DNA of 64,000 nt from Octopus bimaculoides. Taxonomy: Eukaryota. The stretch's first letter is position 1, and every line of letters starts with the position of its first letter. Shown here piece by piece: positions 52,701 through 64,000 of the stretch. The DNA lies in NCBI RefSeq assembly GCF_001194135.2, contig NC_068988.1, positions 4,168,738 to 4,232,737 of the forward strand. The letters are read 5' to 3'. Under the pieces are notes generated by a model. It worked only from the letters and a program-made list of their open reading frames with translations, searched no databases and was not told the origin of the DNA. Made by a program: the position numbers and the translations under genes.

Positions 52701-53862
52701 GGTTCCCGCTCTGAAGAATTTAGTAAACTGATTTTGTCACTATGAAACTTTTAAGATGGTTACGTTGTGATCTATGTGTGCATATGCATGTCAATATGTG
52801 TTCATGTGTTCGTGTGTAAGTGCATATATGTATGTATGTGTGCATGTGTATGTATATATAGCAAATGGAAAACACCATAAATTCCTCACAGTTATAAATG
52901 ATTTGCCACCTGTATCAGCCTCATTGTAAAGACCTGGTTCCCCATTCTGAATCTTGTTTGCTCTTCCTTCAGAATGTCATGAATGATAGATTCCTCTTAA
53001 AGCTACTCTCTAGAATTTATGTGCAAATAAAGATGACTATGGTTTATTGGTTTTGGTGAATGAAAAGTAAAAATGGGGAAAATATACACCAGACGTGAAG
53101 TGATATTCAAGAAGTTTCACAAGAAACCTGAAGTAATGTGTAAAAGTAAAGAAGAACTGGGTGGAAAAGCTGGATCACAGAAGAAATATAGGATGAAAAA
53201 TATAGATAAAGTATAGGACAAGATATAGAAAACATGAGATAACAAAACTCCAAAGTCAAATGGTAATTACGACCAGATATTAGCTATTTTAAGAAGCAAA
53301 TATGCAAGCTTTATGAGTAAGACAGCTCAGTAAACAAGATAATATGTTGTACTTGAATGACATTGCAGATAAGAATGAAGCTCAAACGTATAGATGAGAG
53401 TGGAATATCTGATTAGCTTATCAATGATAAAAATTTCTAGCATGACCAAGAAGAACTGAGAGCTGTCAGATAGGAATATACAGGGAAAATTATCAACTCA
53501 GTATGCACACGCGCACTTATACAGAGTTTAAGAAGTGTCCTGCAAGTAATACTTGGCTTTCTGGTCACTTATGTAACTAGATATTGAATTATCTAAATAA
53601 GGAGTGTATATATGTATATATACACAACCTTGAACCCACAAGGGTAAACAAGAGAGACAGAGACAGGCAGAAACAAGGAAAATGCCCCTTGTATTTGAAT
53701 ACTATGCAAATATTCTTTTAAAAACCTTTTTATTTAATTTAATTTTTCAAAAGTTTTATGGTTTTCCATACTTACAGTTGAAAAAGTCTCAATGACCGAA
53801 ACCAGTTCTGCAATGCTTTTTATAAAATTATTTTTAACATTTTCTACCTTGACTTTTTTTCC

Positions 53863-53904
<42 letters not shown>

Positions 53905-54035
53905 TCATGTGGCTTTCTGATGCCCTTCAATAAGACCTATACTCTGTAGCAGTAGTGTTAAGACCAATCCTTCTGGTGATGTAAAGCACTCGTGGTGGTG
54001 CCACATAAAAGCACACATGCCAGAAACCTGAACAC

Positions 54036-54073
<38 letters not shown>

Positions 54074-54234
54074 GTGTCTCGTTGCCTTGACATCACACAT
54101 CACATTTATAAATGTGTGATTGGCATGCAAGCAGTGCATTCTAATCTCCATTGAAAATATGTCTAACCTTTAGGAAATATTAACTTATCTGTAAACAGGT
54201 GAGGATTAGCAACAGGAAAAGTATGGCTCATCAT

Positions 54235-54425
54235 TATCCTCATTTAGCATCAGTTTTCCATGCTGGCATGGGTTGGACAATTTGACAGGAGTTGGCAAGT
54301 CAGAAGAATGCACCAAACTCTACTGTTTATTTTGGCATGGTTTCTATTGCTTGATGCCCTTCCTAAAACCAACTACTTTACAGTGTATACTGGGGGATTT
54401 TTACATGGCACCACCACCAGGTAAC
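54235..54425 (-). mobile_element. RTE-tail repeat (family C)
   Basis: TTTTCCATGCTGGCATGGGTTGGAC...GATGCCCTTCCTAAAACCAAC...TACATGGCACC. Confidence 0.75.
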
Positions 54426-54685
54426 CAAACAAGACCCTTTAACTGAGACAGGGAATGATATCAAGATAGGTTAAAGTTTTTTCTTTCAGTCAACATATTT
54501 GCATAAAGTTTTGTCATCAGTGAGCCTCTTTGCAATGCCATTTTGTAGAGACAATCTCAATAAGACATTTAAGCATCATGGTTGACCATAATTTAATCTT
54601 TATAAGGACTGTTTTGAGAAATTTCCTTCTGTTTCACAGCTTCTGACACACATTATCAAATACAGTTTAATACATCAGTAATATT

Positions 54686-54904
54686 GGTTTCAAATTTTGC
54701 CACAAGGCCAGCAATTTCAAGGGAAGGTAAGTCGATTACATTGACCCCAGTGCATAAATGGTACTTATTTTATCGCCCCCCCCCCGCAAAGGTATGAAAG
54801 GCAAAGTTAACCTTGGCAGAATTTGAACTCAGAGTGTAAAGATGAATAAAATGCTTCAAAGTATTTCGTCCGGCACAATAATGGTCCTACCAGCTCAATT
54901 CCTT
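54686..54904 (-). mobile_element. SINE family B
   Basis: Homology to the other family B copies. Confidence 0.85.
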
Positions 54905-54922
54905 TAATGCAGTAGTAATATT

Positions 54923-55137
54923 CTTTTCTACTCTAGGCACAAGGCCCGAAATTTTGTGGGAGGAGTCCAGTCGATTAGATCGACCCCAGTACACAACTGG
55001 TACTTAATTTATCGACTCCAAAAGAATGAAAGGTAAAGTTGACCTCGGTGGAATTTGAACTCAGAACATAAGGACAAACGAAATATCACTAAGCCTTTTG
55101 TCCAGCATGCTAACGATTCTGCCAGCTCGTTGCCTTG
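54923..55137 (-). mobile_element. SINE family B, younger subfamily, with 16-bp target-site duplication
   Basis: ATGCAGTAGTAATATT at 54907-54922 and 55138-55153; it retains many CpGs and has a distinct CCTAGAGTAGAAAAG tail. Confidence 0.9.
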
Positions 55138-55165
55138 ATGCAGTAGTAATATTTGGAACGCTATG

Positions 55166-55383
55166 GAGGCAGTGAGCTGGCAGAATTATTAACATGTCAG
55201 GCAAAATGCTTAGCTTCATTTTGTCTATTTTTAGGTTGTGGCTTCAAATGCCACAAGGATTGACTTTATCTTCCGTCCATTCAGGTTCAATAAAAAAAAA
55301 AAGTACAAGTTGAGCACTAGGATTGATTTAATCAAGTTAGCCTTTCCCCAAAAATTACAGGCCTTGTGCCAAAATTTGAAAAT
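55166..55383 (+). mobile_element. SINE family B
   Basis: GAGGCAGTGAGCTGGCAGAAT head and GGCCTTGTGCCAAAATTTGAA tail. Confidence 0.8.
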
Positions 55384-57466
55384 ATATCAGGAATACCACA
55401 GTTAGGTGTGACTCACAAATAAGTTGAGGAAATTGTGTATGCTGCATTTTGGATGACAAATTTTCTTCTATGTTCCAGGATTTCCTAAGGTGAAACTATT
55501 CTCTCAAATTGATAACACTCACTAATTTGTGTTCAATATCATCTTTGTAACATGATATTATAAGTTTAATTATAATCCTCATTAATTTCAGAATTGTTCA
55601 TCAGCTATAAGGAAGTTGAATCTTTTTTACAATCTACTCATATAGGTTAATCCTCTTATGAAATCGGATTATCAAGCAGTGTTAGAGTTGATTTAGAACT
55701 TCTATTCTGAATTTCTCAGTTCCTCTCAAGATAGTACCAGCATTTGTTCCATCCAAAAAATTCTATGTAACGAAGCATTTGGAAGAATCAGAAACACTTG
55801 TGCAGATGATTTCACACAAATTTCTTATTTCTGTGTCTCAATGTGACACCCTGTCATCTGAATTTTCTTAAACAAAAGTGAAGATGATAGCGGAAGATGA
55901 CCTTCTAATGAATCAAAACCCCCATTAAATTCCCCCTAAAGCTAAATATGGTACTGTTTATGTTTTGTAAAAGTTGCTCTGTGCAAGATGTTTTAATAAA
56001 AACGATATTTTCTTATTTGCTTTATTTCAAACATTACATTCTTTTGTTGTTTGTCACAAAAACTCATCTATGTAATATAACAGACTCTGTAAATAACTGT
56101 CACTATTAAAATTAAATTAGAATTTTTTAAATATTGTTTTTCATATTTAATAAAATCCCACATTTTGAAACACCTGAAATTTGCATGAAATAAATAAAAA
56201 ATATTGAAATAATCCATGTTTTTCAATTTTCATACTTCATCCCCCCCATACTTTCTAATAGTTGTCACCATTAAAAAGGAAATATTTTGGTGGAGGCTTT
56301 TTTTTTGTTATCTTATAATACCCAACAATCTCAAAAATGTAATTTGCATTTAAAATATAAAATTTTTCCAAAAATCCATGTTTTTGAAATCTTTAACCCC
56401 CACCCCCACCCCCACCCTTTTTATCGTATTTTTCAAGCATTTTTTGTTTTTAATGTTTGTCATACACATGAAATACTCGTGTTAAGACAAAAGTTCTTCG
56501 AAATTCAAGTTTTCAATATTTTCTATAGCATCCCCACCCCACCACCAACCACCATTGTTTTCATCTCTTTCCTCATTTTTTTTTCTATTTCACTTTGGCC
56601 ATTCTGTAAAGTCTTTTTCTGTATGATACAAAAATTAGATGAATTTATTGAGCTATTCATGGTCATTGAAACTGCTGAAAATAGCAGATGAGCTAGATTT
56701 CACAGGGATATTAATTGATTTTTCACCCCAAATTAGTGAGTGTGTGTTGATAGCCAACTTGAACAATTTATGGCAGCATGGCTTTTTATTACCAAAATGT
56801 TTTGATTCATAAACAAGAAAAAAAAAAAAAATGTATTTATATAAAGGCATGCGTGAGTCAGGGAAAAGATGCACTCATATATCTGTCAGCAGAGAGGGTA
56901 TATTATTCGAAATGTATAGTATTAAACATCCATTACCGTTGACCTTACCAATCGGTTTGGCGTAAATAATACAATGGAGTGTTAAGTAACAATCTGATTG
57001 TAAAACTTTACACTCATCAAAGTTAGCCGATATGGAAGGGAATATGGCGACATATCCCCTTCTGATTGGTAAGATCAGCCATGATGAATATTTAATACTA
57101 TACATTGCCCTTCCATATCTACCACCTGATCCACCAACAATAACAGCCCCTTATTTATGCTTATATCTCCACTGCCCCTATGCCTTACACATCATTCTAC
57201 TGCTTTCAGTTTTATTCTCCTTCCTGGGCCATTCCTATGACTCCCACCTTACCCCTCTCCATACTGGTATTTCTCATTCCCTGCACCTGACACTTGTTCA
57301 TCGCTCACTACATTAACACCTGCCCACACCTGTTCGCCAGTTCGCTGTCAAATCATCCAAACCATGGAGCTATGGAAAGTGACCCTTAAATGAGGATGAT
57401 GACAATGATGATGATGATGATATACATACAAACAAACAAACATACACACATGTATGCATACATACA

Positions 57467-57497
<31 letters not shown>

Positions 57498-57746
57498 GTA
57501 AAACAAGGGTTGAAATCTAGCGCCATAATTCACATATACAGTTCATCTAAATGATAAACTAGTACTGATCTATCGGAATAATACACAGCTGCAGGCTGGG
57601 TATTAATTGCACCATAGAGCAGAGGCCCATGGTGGGATAGCATGGAGTTAATAAATTCTCATGACTTAAGATCAAGTGAAAACATTAGAACTTGTGCAAT
57701 GGAACAGGGTTCCATTGGCAGAATGTTAACTCCCCACTACAGGTGC

Positions 57747-57747
<1 letters not shown>

Positions 57748-57800
<53 letters not shown>
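57748..57800 (+). repeat. (CAT)n microsatellite
   Basis: Direct reading; it explains the poly-His ORF 57692-58222. Confidence 0.95.
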
Positions 57801-58993
57801 TTCTGTATTATGATAATTCTCATTATAATGATATTCAACATGATGACAGTATCATCCTCAAAAATGGTGAAGTCACAGAAACTATAAATGACTCGACTAA
57901 ATATTTCAAGCTATTTATTTCTTGTCCTGTTCTTCTTATCAATGTCCACCAGTCCTGCTACATTTTCCACAGCAGAACGATATCAACTCCCATTACAATG
58001 TTTGGTCTTCGGCCAATGTATAAAACTGCCATCACCACAACTGTTGTCACCATCATCATCATCAGCAGCAGCATTATTATCATCATCATAAAAGCATGGA
58101 ATGGTCAGGGAGGGAATGCTTTAAGTCAAAGAGCTATTAAACTAAGGCTAGTGTCAGTCTATACAACAACAACAACAAGCACAAGAAGATCAAGAACCAC
58201 AACAACAATTACAATAACATGAGCTCTCATACCAACAATAATAACCACAAGCACAAACTCAACAATAAAACCTTCTCTGGGCAACCAACTCTGCCCAATA
58301 ACATTTTCTTCTCAATAATGTTTCTGGGGTTTTTTTTTCCTTATTGTGGTTAGTTTCTGAAGAATAAGCAAATTTTTGTAGAAGATTATTTAGTGAAAGG
58401 AGACAAAAGCGACTGGTAATCAAACGACAAACTTGTTGGCTGGTGGCCATTTCCACAGACCATAATGTTAACCCCAAACTCAATATATCTCTTTATAGAT
58501 CCCAATATTGAATGTCTTCACATCCAAAACCACCCACATTACAAGATACGCTTGAAGCAAATAACATAAATATCGGCACATTGATGCAAGCATAACTACT
58601 TTGTCGATAACACAATAGAAAATCTATCAAACACACACACACACATGGACACACACACACATGCATTTATAAATACACATACATATACACATATATGTAT
58701 ACACATATTTATAAATGTATATATAATGCGCGTATATGTGTGCATTAATATATGCATGTGTATCTTTCGGATTTATGTTTTCTACAAACGACATACATAC
58801 ATACATACATACATACATACTTACATACATACATACACATATATATATATATATATATCGCTTGTAGAAAACAAATCCAAAAGAAGAAGGACATTCTAAG
58901 ATGTAGAGTAGTATACACACACACATAATATATATACTTGTATATATAAATATGTATGTTTATATATATACATATGCATATAAATGAATGTGA

Positions 58994-59043
<50 letters not shown>

Positions 59044-59392
59044 NNNNNNNNNNNNNNNNNNNNNNNNNNNNNNNNNNNNNNNNNNNNNNNNNNNNNNNNN
59101 NNNNNNNNNNNNNNNNNNNNNNNNNNNNNNNNNNNNNNNNNNNNNNNNNNNNNNNNNNNNNNNNNNNNNNNNNNNNNNNNNNNNNNNNNNNNNNNNNNNN
59201 NNNNNNNNNNNNNNNNNNNNNNNNNNNNNNNNNNNNNNNNNNNNNNNNNNNNNNNNNNNNNNNNNNNNNNNNNNNNNNNNNNNNNNNNNNNNNNNNNNNN
59301 NNNNNNNNNNNNNNNNNNNNNNNNNNNNNNNNNNNNNNNNNNNNNNNNNNNNNNNNNNNNNNNNNNNNNNNNNNNNNNNNNNNNNNNNNNNN
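59044..59392. other. Assembly gap (349 N) in (AT)n
   Basis: N-run. Confidence 1.
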
Positions 59393-61191
59393 ATATATAT
59401 ATATATATATATATACATATATATGTATATACATACATTGTTGATATATATATGTATATATATATATATATATGCACACACACAGAGAGAAACAAGGAAC
59501 TTATATATAACTCCACACGCATATTCCATTGCAAATTCTGTTGTTTACAAATAAAACCCCTGACTCCTCCATCTCTATTTACCAAGATTAGTTCTGGTAT
59601 CGGTTTTGTTACAATAAAACACTATTTTTTTATGATTATGTAGTGTAAGTTATTGACGGCACAGCATTCATAATCTTTGATTGACTATTGGTAGCTGTAA
59701 GACACAATATATGGAACACTTTAATCTGCTACTGTTTTTTCGTTTCCTTCTTTGAAATTTCAAGATTCCATGTATCGTTCCCATATAATTCTCAAAACCT
59801 GAAAAGATTTCTATTCAGAGACTTGACATTCATAGAGAGAGAACAAAAACCTTGGATAGAATAAACTGAAGTGTTCTTTGTTGTTGTTGTTGTTGTTGTT
59901 GCTGCTGTTGTTTGTATTACAATGCAAAGTGTGCAAATTGACATAAACTATGAAGTGTTGGACTAAATATTTTATGCTTTTTAGATTTAAGTTCACAGCA
60001 GGACTGATTTAATTTTTCTTTGCTTTGGAACTAATAAAATAAGTCCTGCAAAATAATACAACAATATATTCAGTGTATAACTCACTAATCTCGATAAAAA
60101 TTGCACAAAGCAAGCTGGAAGATATAATTCTTCTTGTTGAGCTTACGAGTAGGAAGTGAGATTATTCAGCTCAGTGATAAATAAATTGAATGATGTCCGC
60201 AGAAAATTCTAAACAAAGTGAAACTTACCGTTTAGTTGGAGAAAGAAAATAAAAATATAGAAAATATAGACACAGGTGTAGCTGTGAGGTAAGAAGTTTG
60301 CTCCCCAACCAAATAGATTCATGTTCAATCCCACTGCATTTGATAACGTTGGTAATATTTGTATGAATTGCATTCTAATTAATTAGTTGTTTTTGTTAAT
60401 TTTTCTGCATCATGTACAGTGATTCAATTTGACTTGTAAGTGTTTTGCAACTGCCAAATGTGCCTGCTACACATACATACATACATACATACATACATAC
60501 ATACATACATACATACATGCATGCCTTCATGCATACATACATACATACCTTGATATATATATGCACAGGCATGACTGTGTTAGAAGTTTGCCTCCTAATC
60601 CCATGGCTCAGGTTCAATGCCATTGCATGGCACCTTGGGCAAGTGTCCTCAGGAAATTGCCTCCAGGATTTTGTTCTTTCATGAACTAAAAAAAATTTCA
60701 TTTAGATTTGTTTATTTTTTTTTTTTGTTTTGTTTTGTTTGCTCACATTGCCATCTCCCTTCAAAAAGCGAACTACTGTCTAAGTAAGAAAGAAGATAAA
60801 TGATTACGAGCACACCAAATCAAACTAATGAAACTGTGATAGATTTTATAAATTCTCATATTTGTCACTAGAGATGATGAAAGACTATTATAGAGAATGT
60901 TGCAGCTGATGCGATGATGAATACGATACATCCGTGTCAAAGACAAACGACTCTCAATCATTCAGTTTAATTAACTGTGAATAAGCAACATTGATAGATT
61001 CAGTTCATTGAGTCAAACAACATCTTCAGTGAACATGTGATGGATGGTTTGTTAGCTTACACTGATGAGCTTAATCCCTCTTCTAAGGCTGAGTGCAGCA
61101 ACATTAGATCACTTCAGTTGTACCCATCACCATACACACAATGTTCTTGCAACAAATATAATTATTATTATTATCATCATCATCATCATCA

Positions 61192-61245
<54 letters not shown>

Positions 61246-61246
<1 letters not shown>

Positions 61247-61438
61247 AGTGAGCTGGCTGAATTGTTAGCACACTGGGCAGAATGCTTAGTGGTATTTTGT
61301 CTGTTTTTTACAGTCTAAGTTCAAATTCCGCCAAGGTCAACTTACCCTCCATCCTTTCGGGGTCGATTAAATAAGTACCAGTTATGCACTGGGGTCGCTG
61401 TAATCGACTTAATCCTTTCCCCAAAATTTGAGGCCTTG
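61246..61438 (+). mobile_element. SINE family B
   Basis: GTGAGCTGGC...GTTCAAATTCCGCCAAGGTC...CATCCTTTCGGGGTCGATTAAATAAGTACCAG...GGCCTTG. Confidence 0.85.
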
Positions 61439-61581
61439 ACAAGCAAATCTGTGGTATTGAACAGAATATTTGCTGTAGCCCGTCTTTTCTACCAAGATAA
61501 AACAATGTTCATAATAACACTTCCAATCAGTTAAGATCAGAAGCCATGAGAGCCACTGCCTGGTACTGCATCCGGACATTT
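61437..61581. mobile_element. Truncated copy of unclassified family E
   Basis: Homologous to 12634-12773 and followed by (ATT)n. Confidence 0.75.
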
Positions 61582-61662
61582 AGTATTATTATTATTGTTA
61601 TTATTATTCTGCTGCTGAGGTCAACTTTACCTTTCATCCTTTTGGGGTTGCTAAAATAAGTA

Positions 61663-61940
61663 AGCTTATGCCAAGAGCCTTCCTAAGTATCCAAGCTGTC
61701 CCTAATAACACTTTTCTGGAGCGCTACTGGGTTTTATGCTTATTTCCTCAGATCTTTAGGGATTGTTCCAATGCACCTATAACTACTGGGATACATTTTA
61801 CCCGCACTTTCCATAGTCTCTGTAATTCAATGGTTAGGGCCCAGTACTTTGCTATTTTTTTATACTTCTCATATTAATTTTTTCATCTTTTCGGACTGTA
61901 AAGTCAATTATCTGGCATTTTCTTTACTCTTTACCTACTA
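61663..61940 (-). mobile_element. R4/Dong-clade LINE 3' fragment
   Basis: CQIIDF...AKYWALTIELQRLWKVRVKCIPVVIGAL...LQKSVLLGTAWILRKALGI. Confidence 0.8.
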
Positions 61941-61957
61941 CTAATAAATGAGGCCTT

Positions 61958-62140
61958 TCCTTGTGGTTTCCTGGTGATACTGGCTGTACCAAGGCAGCAA
62001 ACCCCTTGTAACAGTTCTATTAGGTACTCTATTCCCATTTCTTTTGTATTCCTCATAATACCTTCTGATACTGTCCCCAAGGACCCAACAATAGTTGGTA
62101 TTGTTTTCACCTTTTTTATTTCCCACAGTCAAGCGAGATC
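61958..62140 (-). mobile_element. Second, divergent R4/Dong-clade 3' fragment
   Basis: With one frameshift: LWEIKKVKTIPTIVGSLGTVSEG...IEYLIELLQGVCCLGTASITRK. Confidence 0.65.
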
Positions 62141-62386
62141 TATCATTATCATTATTCTTTGGGAACATGATGAAATGAAGTACCAGTCAAATGTTCTGAC
62201 TGATGACTTACCCATTCCCTTTAAAATGTTTAGTCAAGCGAATTGCCTCTAGACTATTTAAGTGTTTTACTTATTCTATCAGTCTCTTTTGCCAAACCAC
62301 TAAGTTATTGGAATGTAAGCAATTGTTGAGTGGTGATTACAGACAAACAAACATAAAGACACACACAAATACATATTTCATATATA

Positions 62387-62459
62387 NNNNNNNNNNNNNN
62401 NNNNNNNNNNNNNNNNNNNNNNNNNNNNNNNNNNNNNNNNNNNNNNNNNNNNNNNNNNN
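62387..62459. other. Assembly gap (73 N) in (AT)n
   Basis: N-run. Confidence 1.
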
Positions 62460-62486
62460 TATATATATATATATATATATATATAT

Positions 62487-62648
62487 GACAGGCTTTCACA
62501 CAGTTTCCATCTACTGAATTCACTCACCAAGAATTGGTTGACCTAAGGCTATAGTAAAAGACAATTGCTTGAGTTGCCACACAGTGGGACTGAACCCCAA
62601 ACCTCATGTTTGCAAAACAAACTTCTTAACCACCCAGTCATGTCTGCC
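62487..62648 (-). mobile_element. SINE family A 5' part
   Basis: CAGTTTCCATCTAC...GGCTATAGTAAAAGACA...CAGTGGGACTGAACCC...CTTCTTAACCAC. Confidence 0.75.
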
Positions 62649-62884
62649 TCTTACAAACTTACTCTGTTGTGTTGCTACTGCTACTATGTTCTTGATGCAA
62701 AGCTGGTCTTTAATGGTAGACAACTAAATTAGATTTGTCTGTTTTGCAGACTATTCCTCATCATGGATGTGTTGTTGACCTGTTTTCATTCTTTTATAAT
62801 ATTCAGGTAGTATTCTTATATTAGCACGAGACATTACTATCAGATCAGAAAAAAAGTACATATGCATACGCAAATATTTATATA

Positions 62885-62928
<44 letters not shown>

Positions 62929-63639
62929 CATGGACGTGTGTATATGTGTGTGGTAACAAATTCTCTCTAACTTATGATGGCATGGAAAAGTGGATGTTAT
63001 GATGATGATAGAAACAATGAAAATGATGATGATATATATTTTTTATCTTTTGTCTTTTACTTGTTTGAGTCGTCATTTAGACTGTGGCAATACTGGAGCA
63101 CCACCATGAAGAATTTTAGTCAAACACATCAACCCGACTCCTTATTTTTGAAAATCTAAATCCTTTTCTTTTTAACTATGGAACTCAAAGTAGATCAAGC
63201 TACAAGTAATGATCTGTAGCATATTCAGCTAAAAAAAACCTTTGACTTTTCCTATCCAAAGATTCCTTTTGATCCAATATTCTCCATGCAAATATTTATA
63301 GCTCTACTTACTTCAAGTCCACAGTTACAAAAATACATACATTGGGTAATGAGCACAAATAGAAGACAACGCAAGAGGACCAAACATATTAGTTTAAGGA
63401 AAAAGGAAAGGAAAAAGGTTTTTGGTGTTTCAGACAGAAATCATTCATCAGAAAAAAAAATGAAAGAGAAAAGATAAAAACAATTGTATATTCATGTATA
63501 CATTAAATACATAATTTACATATACACATATACCTATCCATATATATGTATATATATATATGTATGTATGCATGTATGTATGCATATATGTGTATACATA
63601 TATGTATATATACATACATACATGTATGTATATATAGTG

Positions 63640-63678
<39 letters not shown>

Positions 63679-63967
63679 GTACACACACATATACACATAT
63701 AAGCATAGATATATTCCATGGATAGATACATAGATAGATATACATTCCTAGTAATATGTGAATGGTGATGTGTATATCACAAATGTGCATGTTTATGGCT
63801 TTGTGCATGTATAATTTACAAATGATAACAAATACACATATTTGGAAACCTCTTCTTGTACACTCGTCTATAGTTTATAATAATCACAGTACCATATACA
63901 CATAGAAATGTGTGCAACTAATCATAACATAATGGATTCACAAATATACACCCACTTTTATCTGAAA

Positions 63968-64000
63968 GGAGTAGCTGTGTGGTAAGTAGCTTTGCTTACC
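63968..64000 (+). mobile_element. SINE family A head, cut by the window edge
   Basis: GGAGTAGCTGTGTGGTAAGTAGCTTTGCTTACC matches 48378-48408. Confidence 0.7.

Noticed and set aside
57692-58222. 176-aa His-rich ORF
   Set aside because: It is built from (CAT)n, (CAG)n and (CAA)n tracts, and the unique part has no recognisable domain.
58745-59643. Long ORFs here and at 31180-31870
   Set aside because: Artefacts of N-gaps and (AT)n repeats.

Overview
This is AT-rich, repeat-dominated animal genomic DNA from a gapped draft assembly. There are five N-runs, three of them flanked by (AT)n. The SINE families, LINE fragments and microsatellite load look like an Octopus (coleoid cephalopod) genome; this is recognition from memory, not a database result. 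I found no supportable host protein-coding gene. Nearly all entries in the ORF track are microsatellite read-throughs, and the protein-like remainder are decayed retroelements. These include Penelope-like elements (PLEs; RT thumb plus C-terminal GIY-YIG), RTE/RTE-X LINEs (one with a PHD-type finger inside the RT), R4/Dong LINE 3' ends and a HERO-like RT. At least three dispersed tRNA-derived SINE or LINE-tail families are present in many copies. The most interesting signal is a set of minimal type I hammerhead ribozyme motifs linked to PLEs. Two different ones lie about 210 nt apart on the minus strand at 1081-1360, one of them inside a fold-back hairpin insertion. A related repeat at 8897-9093 joins a tRNA-like Pol III head to the same hammerhead-bearing end, and decayed motifs occur at 35692 and 53772. 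All alignments, folds and identities were done by eye.
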